Source: an uncultured Gammaproteobacteria bacterium
GTDB taxonomy: Bacteria; Pseudomonadota; Gammaproteobacteria; Steroidobacterales; Steroidobacteraceae
Reading direction: 5' to 3'
NCBI GenBank assembly: GCA_963837435.1
Contig: CAWINJ010000002.1
Coordinates: 316,457-380,456 of the forward strand
DNA: 64,000 nucleotides
The translations under genes and the position numbers were made by a program. The notes under the pieces were generated by a model, which saw only the letters and a list, made by a program, of their open reading frames with translations, did no database searches and had not been told where the DNA came from. Below are positions 54,651 through 63,113 of the stretch, in pieces. Numbering within the stretch: the first letter of the stretch is position 1; each line of letters starts with the position of its first letter.

Positions 54651-55634
54651 ATGTTCCAAGCAATTCTCATCGAGCGCGACGAACGCCCTTATCGGGCCGG
54701 ATTCACCACCCTCGATGAAGCGCAGTTGCCTGCGGGGGATGTGACGGTGCGCGTCGAGTATTCGACGCTCAACTATAAAGATGCGCTCGCCATCACCGGC
54801 AGGGCGCCGGTGGTGCGGCAATTTCCAATGGTGCCGGGAATCGATTTCGCCGGTACGGTGCACGAGTCCGGCAATACCTCCCACCGAGTGGGAGACCGGG
54901 TCTTGCTCAATGGTTGGGGTGTGGGCGAGCAGCATTGGGGTGGGCTCGCGCAGATGGCCCGGGTGAAATCGGAGTGGCTGATTCCGCTGCCGGCCCAATT
55001 CACGGCCAGGCAATCCATGGCCATCGGCACCGCGGGGTATACGGCGATGCTGTGCGTCATCGCTCTGGAACGGCATGGAATCAGCCCGCAGAGCGGCGAA
55101 ATTCTGGTGACGGGAGCCGCGGGCGGAGTAGGCAGCGTCGCGGTGGCCGTGCTCGCCAAACTTGGTTTTCAGGTGGTCGCGGTGACCGGCCGGGCGGCGG
55201 AGGCGGAGTTTCTGAAGCACCTCGGCGCTCAGGAAGTCCTGGACAGAGCCCTGTTCGCAAGCCCGGGCAAGCCCCTGGCAAAGGAGCGTTGGGCCGGTGC
55301 AATCGATGTGGCCGGCAGCCACACCTTGGCCAATGTGTGTGCCTCCATGCGTTATCGGGGCGTCGTCGCGGCCTGCGGCCTGGCGGCGGGGCTCGACTTT
55401 CCGGCGACCGTGGCTCCCTTCATCCTGCGCGGCGTCACGCTGGCCGGCGTAGATAGCGTGATGTGCCCCAGACCGGATCGCCTGGAGGCCTGGCGCCGGC
55501 TGGGGGTGGACCTCGATCCCGCCAAACTCGAGCTGATCACCGAGGAAATCGGGCTCTCACAAGTGCTCGACCGCGCGGCTGGGCTGCTCGAGGGCCGAAT
55601 TCGCGGCCGCGTCGTCGTGGATACGGCGCGCTGA
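54651..55634 (+). CDS. acuI: YhdH/AcuI-type acrylyl-CoA reductase (MDR superfamily NADPH oxidoreductase)
   Basis: [11 protein letters not shown]...[38 protein letters not shown] matches the YhdH/AcuI subfamily N-terminus. NADPH site [13 protein letters not shown]. Confidence 0.75.
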   Translation: MFQAILIERDERPYRAGFTTLDEAQLPAGDVTVRVEYSTLNYKDALAITGRAPVVRQFPMVPGIDFAGTVHESGNTSHRVGDRVLLNGWGVGEQHWGGLAQMARVKSEWLIPLPAQFTARQSMAIGTAGYTAMLCVIALERHGISPQSGEILVTGAAGGVGSVAVAVLAKLGFQVVAVTGRAAEAEFLKHLGAQEVLDRALFASPGKPLAKERWAGAIDVAGSHTLANVCASMRYRGVVAACGLAAGLDFPATVAPFILRGVTLAGVDSVMCPRPDRLEAWRRLGVDLDPAKLELITEEIGLSQVLDRAAGLLEGRIRGRVVVDTAR

Positions 55635-55768
55635 CAGTGTCCGGCGCCGTCCGCGGACACTGTCCGCGGACACCCGGCGCGCAACCCGCGGAAATAATGC
55701 TAGTTTAAACAAAGGCTTACAAACACACAAAACTGGCACGCCGCTTGCTCTGCTCTACAGAGGAAACA

Positions 55769-57145
55769 ATGGCGGACGTGTCGAAGATGCTGCGTTACTC
55801 ACTGGCGTTGATCGCGATGATCTTGGCGGCGCAGGCTGCCGAGGCCAACGATCTGAAGGATCTGTACGAGCTCGCGCTGACGCGCGATGCCACGCTGCAG
55901 GCCGCCGGTTTCCAGCGCGATGCGGCGATCGAGGCTCGGCCCCAGGCACTCGCCCAATGGTTGCCGCAGGTGTCGGCCTCGGCCTCCGCCACGCGCGAGC
56001 GGGTGGGCTATGAAAACGGTCCCTCCACGGGCAGCGAGGCCGCCGACTGCGCGCTCGCCGCCGCCTCAGGGATGCAGCATTGCTACGGCACCGTGCACAG
56101 CCTGGGTCTGAACATGTCGCAGACCCTGTGGAGCTTCCAGGCCTTCAGCCAGCTCAAGGAAGCGAATTTTCAGGCGGCCGCCGCCGAGGCGAGTTTCCGC
56201 AGCGCGCAGCAGAATCTACTGCTGCGTGTTGCCCAGGCCTATTTCGGCATCCTGTCGGCGTCCGATCAGCTCGCTGCCAATCGTGCCGAGCGCGATGCCT
56301 TCGGCACGCTGCTCAACCAGGCACGAATCCGCGAGCACACCGGCGTCGGCCCGCGCAGCGATGTCGAGCAGGCGCAGGCGTTCTACGATGCAACCGAGCA
56401 AAGTGTCATCGATGCGCAGAATGCCTTCGACGACGCCAATCTCGCGCTCACTGAAATCGTCGGCCCACATGCCGCAAGCATTGCGCCGCTGCGCCAGGAC
56501 ATCCCTCTGGTGTCTCCCGATCCCGCGTCGGCCGATGACTGGGTGAGCGCCGCGCGCCAGGACAATTTCGATGTGAGAACGGCCGAGCTGAAGATGGAGG
56601 CGGCGGAACGCGATGTGTCGGCGCAACGCGGCCGCGCCTTGCCCACCTTCTCGCTGACCGGCGCCGGAATGAAGCTGGCGCAGGATGAAGTGCTCGGCGG
56701 CAATCAAACGCTGGACACGGTCGGGATCTCCTTTACCTGGCCTCTGTTTCAGGGCGGCGCGGTCGCCTCGGCCGTGCGCCAGTCGCGGGCGCTCTATCGG
56801 CAGGCCCGGGCGACCTACGATTCGACTCAACGGGACACCGAGCGGCAAACGCGCGCGGCGTACCGCAGCATCGTCACCGGCATTCAGCGCATCGGCGCCG
56901 CGCACCGCGCAGTGGATTCGGGGAAGGATGCGGTGGAGGCGAGCCGGCGAAACGTGGAGTTCGGCACCGGCACCGAGTTCGATTTGTTGAACGCGCAGAA
57001 CAACTACTACGCCGCGGTGCGCGCCTACAGCCAGACGCGCTACGACTATTTGACGAATGTGCTCACCCTCAAGCAGCAGGCCGGCCGCTTGAGCGAGCGG
57101 GATCTCATCGCGGTCGATGAGTTGCTCATCGAGAGCGGATCATGA
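55769..57145 (+). CDS. tolC: TolC-family outer membrane efflux protein
   Basis: ATG 55769 after AGGAAA. Signal MADVSKMLRYSLALIAMILAAQAAEA. LKDLYELALTRDATLQAA and a duplicated OEP repeat structure. Confidence 0.85.
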   Translation: MADVSKMLRYSLALIAMILAAQAAEANDLKDLYELALTRDATLQAAGFQRDAAIEARPQALAQWLPQVSASASATRERVGYENGPSTGSEAADCALAAASGMQHCYGTVHSLGLNMSQTLWSFQAFSQLKEANFQAAAAEASFRSAQQNLLLRVAQAYFGILSASDQLAANRAERDAFGTLLNQARIREHTGVGPRSDVEQAQAFYDATEQSVIDAQNAFDDANLALTEIVGPHAASIAPLRQDIPLVSPDPASADDWVSAARQDNFDVRTAELKMEAAERDVSAQRGRALPTFSLTGAGMKLAQDEVLGGNQTLDTVGISFTWPLFQGGAVASAVRQSRALYRQARATYDSTQRDTERQTRAAYRSIVTGIQRIGAAHRAVDSGKDAVEASRRNVEFGTGTEFDLLNAQNNYYAAVRAYSQTRYDYLTNVLTLKQQAGRLSERDLIAVDELLIESGS

Positions 57146-58446
57146 GCATGCGCTTACTACCCAAGGAACCTGTCATGCTGCGCGACACCACCGCCCAGGA
57201 CCGCGCGATCGAGCGCACCAACCCCTGGGTGCGTCACCGAACTCTGCTGATCGTCATTCTGGCCGTGGCCATCGGGCTCGGAGTGCTGCTCACCTTCCTG
57301 CTGCGCTATTCCGGCGCCGGGGTCTCGGTGGATCGCTCGCGGCTGTCGATCGCCACCGTGGAGCGCGGCAGCTTCGTGCGCGACATCGCCGCCGACGGAC
57401 AGGTCGTGGCGGCCGTCAGCCCGACCCTGTATGCCGACTCTCTCGGGACGGTCACGCTCAAAGTGCATGCCGGCGACACCGTATCCAAGGGACAGGTGCT
57501 GGCCGTCATCGACAGTCCCGATCTGACCGCCAAGCTGTCGCAGGAGCAGGCGACCTCGGAGAGCCTGCGCATCGACTGGCAACGGGCGGCCCTGGACGCC
57601 GAACAGAAGCTGCTGCAGCTGCGCGATGCGTTCAATCAGGCGCAAGTCGACCTGAAGACGGCGCAGCGCGAGCTCGATCGCAGCCGCAAGGCCTACGAGC
57701 TGGGGGCCTACACGGAACTGCAGGCGCTCAAGGCCCAGGATTCGCTGGAGAAGGCGCAGTTCGCCTTCCAGCAGGCAAAGATGAACTACGAGTCGCAGCC
57801 GAAGCAGAATCAGTTCGATATCGACAGCAAGAAGGCATTGTTCGATCGGCAGCAGTACTTGGTCGCCGATCTGAAGCGCCAGGTCGACGGCTTGAGCGTG
57901 CGCTCGCCCGTGGACGGCCAGGTCGGGCAGGTCCAAGTGGCCGATCGCGCCAGCGTCGCCAAGGACGCCCCGCTGCTCACCGTGGTCGATCTGTCGGCAC
58001 TCGAAGTGGAGATCAAGGTCACCGAGAGCCTGGCGCGCGATCTGCGCCCGGGCATGAGCGCGGACCTCGAGGGCGGCGGCCGTCACTGGCAGGGCATCGT
58101 GAGCGGCGTGTCCCCCGAAGTGGTCGCCGGCGAGGTCACGGCCCGGCTGCGTTTCGGCAATGAAAAGCCCGCGGGTCTGCGCCAGAGCCAGCGGCTGTCG
58201 GTGCGCATTCTCATCGACAAGCGCGAGAATGTATTGATGGTCGATCGCGGCGCGTTCGTGGACCAGGAAGGCGGCGGATTCGCCTACCTGGTGCGCGGCA
58301 ACGTGGCCGAGCGCCGTCCGGTGCGGCTCGGCGCCTCGAGCATCTCCAAGGTCGAAATTCTCGATGGCTTGGCGGTCGGCGACCAAATCGTGGTATCCGG
58401 CACCGATGCATTCAACGGCGCCGAGCGCGTGATATTGAGTCACTAG
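57142..58446 (+). CDS. HlyD/MacA-type periplasmic adaptor (membrane fusion protein)
   Basis: 434 aa. N-terminal TM helix, barrel-sandwich (GDTVSKGQVLAVIDSPDL), long coiled-coil hairpin, beta-barrel. ATGA overlap with tolC. Confidence 0.85.
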   Translation: MSMRLLPKEPVMLRDTTAQDRAIERTNPWVRHRTLLIVILAVAIGLGVLLTFLLRYSGAGVSVDRSRLSIATVERGSFVRDIAADGQVVAAVSPTLYADSLGTVTLKVHAGDTVSKGQVLAVIDSPDLTAKLSQEQATSESLRIDWQRAALDAEQKLLQLRDAFNQAQVDLKTAQRELDRSRKAYELGAYTELQALKAQDSLEKAQFAFQQAKMNYESQPKQNQFDIDSKKALFDRQQYLVADLKRQVDGLSVRSPVDGQVGQVQVADRASVAKDAPLLTVVDLSALEVEIKVTESLARDLRPGMSADLEGGGRHWQGIVSGVSPEVVAGEVTARLRFGNEKPAGLRQSQRLSVRILIDKRENVLMVDRGAFVDQEGGGFAYLVRGNVAERRPVRLGASSISKVEILDGLAVGDQIVVSGTDAFNGAERVILSH

Positions 58447-58510
58447 GCTGAGATACGGCCGCCGCCTTAACACACGAAATGAAAATCCACCCGCCCCGCG
58501 AGGCCACACC

Positions 58511-59218
58511 ATGTTGAAGATGACTCATCTGTCCAAGGCCTATCGAACCGAAGTCGTGGAGACCTATGCGCTGCGGGATTTCTCGATCCACGTGAAGGAA
58601 GGCGAATTCGTGGCGGTGACCGGACCCTCGGGTTCGGGCAAGACCACCTTCCTGACCATCGCCGGGCTGCTCGAGGAGTTCAGCGGCGGGGAGTATCAGC
58701 TGGACGGCGCCAATGTGCGCGGCCTGAACGACAACCAGCGCTCGCGGCTGCGCAACGAGAAGATCGGCTTCATCTTTCAGGCCTTCAACCTGATCTCCGA
58801 TCTGAACGTGCAGGACAATATCGATGTGCCGCTGCGCTATCGCGGATTCAATGCGGCGGAACGGCGCCGCCGCATACAGCAATCCTTGGAGCGGGTGGGG
58901 CTGTCGGCCCGGTCGCGGCACTATCCGGCGGAACTGTCCGGCGGACAGCAGCAGCGGGTTGCCATCGCCCGGGCGCTCGCCGGCTCTCCGCGGCTGCTGC
59001 TGGCGGACGAGCCCACCGGCAATCTCGACACGCAGATGGCGCGCGGAGTCATGGACCTGCTCGAGGAACTGCATCGCGACGGCGCGACCATCGTCATGGT
59101 GACCCATGATCCGGAGCTCGCGGTTCGCGCCCAGCGCGAGGTGCACATCGTGGATGGCCAGGTCGTCGACCTGGCCGCGCAGCCGCGCCTGGTGGCCGGC
59201 GCCGCAGCCCAGCTGTAG
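58511..59218 (+). CDS. ABC transporter ATP-binding protein (MacB/LolD/FtsE type)
   Basis: Walker A GPSGSGKTT, signature LSGGQQQRVAIARAL, Walker B LLLADEPTGNLD. Confidence 0.9.
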   Translation: MLKMTHLSKAYRTEVVETYALRDFSIHVKEGEFVAVTGPSGSGKTTFLTIAGLLEEFSGGEYQLDGANVRGLNDNQRSRLRNEKIGFIFQAFNLISDLNVQDNIDVPLRYRGFNAAERRRRIQQSLERVGLSARSRHYPAELSGGQQQRVAIARALAGSPRLLLADEPTGNLDTQMARGVMDLLEELHRDGATIVMVTHDPELAVRAQREVHIVDGQVVDLAAQPRLVAGAAAQL

Positions 59219-59226
59219 GAGCAAGC

Positions 59227-60549
59227 ATGTTCGGCTACTACTTCCGTCTGGCGCTGCGCAGCCTGAGGCGCAATGTGGTGCTCACGCTGCTCATGATCGC
59301 CGCCATCGGGGTCGGCATCGGCGCCTCCATGACCATGCTGACCGTGTTCCGCGCGATGGCGCAGGACCCGATCCCGGAGAAATCCACGCACTTGTTCACC
59401 GCGCAGATCGACAACTGGGATCCGCACAAGAGTACGGTGGTCATCGGCGATGAGGATCGCCTGCAGGAGCAGCTTACCTACCAGGACGCCGTCGGCCTGG
59501 TCGATGCGCATGCCGGGCGCCGCCAAACGCTGATGTACTCGACGGGCTTCGCGCTGACGCCGTCCAACCCGCAGCTGCTGCCCTTTCAGGTGCACGCCCG
59601 CGCGGCCAATGCGGATTTCTTCCCGATGTTCGACGTGCCGTTCCGCTTCGGCGGCCCGTGGAGTGCGGCGGATGACGAAAATCGCGCCAACGTCGTGGTC
59701 ATCACCCGCGAGCTCAACGACAAGGTATTCGCGGGGGCCGATAGCGTCGGCAAAACGCTCAATCTCGACGGCCATGACTATCGCGTCGTCGGCGTGTTGC
59801 AGCGATGGCAGCCGGTGCCGAAGTTCTACGACCTCAACAACGACAAGTACGGCAAGAGCGAGGATGTGTATCTGCCGTTCACGCGCGCCATCGAGGGGCA
59901 AATGGATTCCTGGGGAAACTACAACTGTGCGGGCGACGTAGGCGCTCCCGGATGGGAGGGGCGCCTGCATTCCGAATGCATCTGGATTCAGTTCTGGGTG
60001 GAGCTGCCGACTGCCGCGGAGGCGGCGCACTACCGCGCCTTCTTGATGAATTACGCCTCCGACCAGCGCAGATCGGGGCGGTTCAGCTGGCCGGCCCGCA
60101 CGCGGATTTGCAACGTGCGGCAATGGCTGGTGCATGGGCATGCGGTCTCGAATGAGGTGAGAATTCTGGTGCTGGTGTCCTTCAGCTTCCTGGTGGTCTG
60201 TGTGCTGAACGCCATGGGGCTGATGCTCGCGAAAATCATGGGTCGTGCCGGCGACATCGGCGTGCGCCGCGCGCTCGGCGCCAATCGCCGCGCAATCTTC
60301 GGTCAATGCCTGATCGAGGCGGGCGTGATCGGCCTTGCGGGCGGCGTGCTGGGACTTGCGCTGACCTTCCTGGGCCTGGTTGGCCTGCGCTCGCTGCTGT
60401 CCGAGGAAGTGAGCCGGCTGACTCATTTCGGGCTGTCGGACATCGGTATCGCGGCGCTCTTGTCGGTGTTGGCGACCATGCTGGCCGGGCTCTATCCCAC
60501 GTGGCGCGCCGCTCATGTCCAGCCTGCCTGGCAACTCAAAGCACAGTAA
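59227..60549 (+). CDS. FtsX/MacB-type ABC permease with a periplasmic domain (type A, copy 1)
   Basis: 440 aa. MFGYYFRLALRSLRRNVVLTLLMIAAIGVGIGAS, a large periplasmic domain, then the C-terminal FtsX 3-TM bundle (RRALGANRRAIFGQ..LYPTWRAA). Confidence 0.85.
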   Translation: MFGYYFRLALRSLRRNVVLTLLMIAAIGVGIGASMTMLTVFRAMAQDPIPEKSTHLFTAQIDNWDPHKSTVVIGDEDRLQEQLTYQDAVGLVDAHAGRRQTLMYSTGFALTPSNPQLLPFQVHARAANADFFPMFDVPFRFGGPWSAADDENRANVVVITRELNDKVFAGADSVGKTLNLDGHDYRVVGVLQRWQPVPKFYDLNNDKYGKSEDVYLPFTRAIEGQMDSWGNYNCAGDVGAPGWEGRLHSECIWIQFWVELPTAAEAAHYRAFLMNYASDQRRSGRFSWPARTRICNVRQWLVHGHAVSNEVRILVLVSFSFLVVCVLNAMGLMLAKIMGRAGDIGVRRALGANRRAIFGQCLIEAGVIGLAGGVLGLALTFLGLVGLRSLLSEEVSRLTHFGLSDIGIAALLSVLATMLAGLYPTWRAAHVQPAWQLKAQ

Positions 60550-60559
60550 GGGGACCACC

Positions 60560-61786
60560 ATGGAACTGCGACCGATTCTGTCAGCCATGCGCCGCAACAA
60601 GGTCGGCGCCATTCTGATCGCCGTGCAAATGGCCATTACCCTGGGCGTGCTGTGCAACGGGCTGTTCATCATCGAGCAGCGCGTTGCCTCGAGCCGGCGC
60701 CCGACGGGGACGGACGAGGCCAATATCTTCGTGATCCGCAATCTGTGGGTGGGCAATCCCGCCGACATCAAGGGGCGTTTGAGCGCGGACTTGGACGCGC
60801 TGCGCTCGGTCCCAGGGGTGGTCGATGCCTTCGTCACCAATTCCTATCCGCTGAGCAACGGGGGTTCGACGGACAGCGTCAGGCGCAATCCGGATCAGAA
60901 GGATGCGATTACGCTCACCGCACTGTATTTCGCCGACGAGCATGCCTTGCAGGCCCTGGGCGTCAAGCTGATCGCCGGCCGCAACTTCACTGCGAACGAA
61001 ATCGTCGACAAGATGGGCTTCGGCGATTGGAAGCAGCCGTCGGCCGTGATCATCACGCGGGCGCTGGCGGAGAAACTCTTCCCGGGCGGTGACGCCTTGG
61101 GGCAGACCGTGTACCTCGAGGCGCAGAAGCATCAAACGACCATCATCGGCATCGTCGATACGCTGCAGGTGCCGTGGGTCGAGGCGGGCGGCTGGGGCAG
61201 CAAATTCAACAACAACTCCATGCTCGAGCCCTTCAGATATGTCGATCCCTATTCCGACTACGTGGTGCGCACCCGGCCGGGTCAGCTGGCGTCGGCCATG
61301 CAGGCGGCGCAAAGGAAACTCATCGAGATCGACCGGGCGCGGGTCATCGAGAAAGTGCAGCCGCTGACGGCGGCGCGCGAGGAAGCCTATCGGAACGATC
61401 GCGGGCTGGTGGTCATCCTCGGGGTGGTGTGCGCCGCGTTGCTGTTGGTCACGGCCTTCGGCATCGTCGGCCTGACGAGCTACTGGGTGGCGCAGCGCCG
61501 GCGCCAGATCGGCATTCGCCGGGCGCTGGGTGCGACCCGGCAGGCCATCGTTCGGTATTTTCAGACCGAGAATTTCTTGATTGCGGCAGCGGGGGTGGTG
61601 CTCGGCGTCGCCCTGGCGATTTCCGCGAATCTGTGGATGGTGAGCAGCTTCGAGATGGAGCGCCTGCACGTCAGCTACGCATTCATCGGCGCCGCTGCCG
61701 TGCTGTTGCTCGGGCAAGCCGCGGCCCTCTGGCCGGCGCTGCGCGCCGCGTCGGTGCCTCCGGCCTTGGCGACTCGCGGGGTGTAA
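60560..61786 (+). CDS. FtsX/MacB-type ABC permease (type B, copy 1)
   Basis: ATG 60560 (MELRPILSAMRRNKVGAILIAVQMAITLG), 11 nt after the previous stop. FtsX domain RRALGATRQAIVRYF. Confidence 0.85.
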   Translation: MELRPILSAMRRNKVGAILIAVQMAITLGVLCNGLFIIEQRVASSRRPTGTDEANIFVIRNLWVGNPADIKGRLSADLDALRSVPGVVDAFVTNSYPLSNGGSTDSVRRNPDQKDAITLTALYFADEHALQALGVKLIAGRNFTANEIVDKMGFGDWKQPSAVIITRALAEKLFPGGDALGQTVYLEAQKHQTTIIGIVDTLQVPWVEAGGWGSKFNNNSMLEPFRYVDPYSDYVVRTRPGQLASAMQAAQRKLIEIDRARVIEKVQPLTAAREEAYRNDRGLVVILGVVCAALLLVTAFGIVGLTSYWVAQRRRQIGIRRALGATRQAIVRYFQTENFLIAAAGVVLGVALAISANLWMVSSFEMERLHVSYAFIGAAAVLLLGQAAALWPALRAASVPPALATRGV

Positions 61787-61793
61787 TCCAACG

Positions 61794-63107
61794 ATGTTCA
61801 ACTACTACTTAGGTCTCGCGCTGCGCAGCCTCAGGCGCAACATCGTGCTGACGGTATTGATGATCGCCGCCATCGGCGTCGGCATCGGCGCCTCGATGAC
61901 CACATTGACGATATTCCGCGCGATGTCGGGCAATCCCATTCCGCGAAAATCGGATCAGCTGTACGTGCCGCAAATCGACAGCTGGGGACCCGACAATCCG
62001 AGCCAGCAAACCAGCGATCGATTGCAGACCCAGGTCAGCTATATCGATGCGATGGCGTGGATGAAGGCGGGAGATGCCAAGCGGCGAACCGCTCTGTACG
62101 CCGCGGCGCTGCCGCTGCGTCCAGCCAATCCCCAAATGAAGCCGTTCAAGGTGCTGGCACGGGCCGCCTATGCGGATTTCTTCCCGATGTTCGAGGTGCC
62201 CTTCGAATACGGCGGCCCCTGGAGCGCGTCGGATGACGAGAATCGCGCCGCGGTGGTGGTCATCACGCGGGAATTGAACGCGCGGCTGTTCGGCGGCGGC
62301 AACAGTGTCGGCAAGTATGTGGTACTGGAAAACGAGAGCTACCGGGTGGTCGGCGTACTCGACGCCTGGCGGCCCGTTCCCCGCTACTACGACTTGAGCC
62401 TCACCCGCTTCGGCGCCAGCGACGATGTGTTCCTGCCCTTCACCCGCGCCATCGACAAGCACATGCAGCAGACCGGATCGTTCGGCTGTGCCACCGATGC
62501 GCCGCTGGGCTGGGAAGAAAGCCTGCGATCCGAGTGCGTATGGATCGGGTTCTGGGTGGAGCTGCCGACCTCGGCCGACGTCGGCAAATACCGCCAATTC
62601 CTGCGCAACTACGCAGCCGAGCAGGGCCGCATGGGGCGTTTTCACTGGCCGGCAGCCACGCAGCTGCGCGACGTGAGCGAATGGCTGACCTACCGGCACG
62701 TGGTGCCGGGCGAGGTGCGGATTCTGGTGCTGGTGTCCTTCGGATTCCTGTTCGTGTGCCTGATGAATGCCATGGGATTGATGCTGGCCAAGATCGCCGG
62801 CCGCTCCGGCGACTTCAGCGTGCGCCGCGCGCTCGGCGCCAGCCGCGGCGCCATCTTTGCGCAATGCCTGGTCGAAACGGCGGTGATCGGGCTCGGCGGC
62901 GCGGGACTGGGCCTACTGCTCACTCTCTTGGGCCTCGGCGCCACCCGGGCGCTCCTGTCCAAGAGCATGACGACGCTGACCTACATCGATTGGACCGATA
63001 CCGGCGTGGCCGTGCTGCTCGCCGTCGCGGCGACGGTGATGGCCGGCTTGTATCCGACCTGGCGCGCCGCGCACATAGAGCCGGCTTGGCAACTCAAGGA
63101 ACAGTGA
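61794..63107 (+). CDS. FtsX/MacB-type ABC permease (type A, copy 2)
   Basis: 437 aa. Collinear paralog of 59227-60549 (MFNYYLGLALRSLRRNIVLTVLMIAAIGVGIGAS...LYPTWRAAHIEPAWQLKEQ). Confidence 0.85.
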   Translation: MFNYYLGLALRSLRRNIVLTVLMIAAIGVGIGASMTTLTIFRAMSGNPIPRKSDQLYVPQIDSWGPDNPSQQTSDRLQTQVSYIDAMAWMKAGDAKRRTALYAAALPLRPANPQMKPFKVLARAAYADFFPMFEVPFEYGGPWSASDDENRAAVVVITRELNARLFGGGNSVGKYVVLENESYRVVGVLDAWRPVPRYYDLSLTRFGASDDVFLPFTRAIDKHMQQTGSFGCATDAPLGWEESLRSECVWIGFWVELPTSADVGKYRQFLRNYAAEQGRMGRFHWPAATQLRDVSEWLTYRHVVPGEVRILVLVSFGFLFVCLMNAMGLMLAKIAGRSGDFSVRRALGASRGAIFAQCLVETAVIGLGGAGLGLLLTLLGLGATRALLSKSMTTLTYIDWTDTGVAVLLAVAATVMAGLYPTWRAAHIEPAWQLKEQ

Positions 63108-63113
63108 GGCACC

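Noticed and set aside
58921-60840. 639-aa minus-strand ORF, plus similar long minus ORFs at 57157-58512, 60581-61801, 61809-62864 and 62913-63950
   Set aside because: All are antisense to the MFP, ABC and permease genes, which have clear Walker/FtsX motifs and tight operon spacing. These are shadow ORFs.
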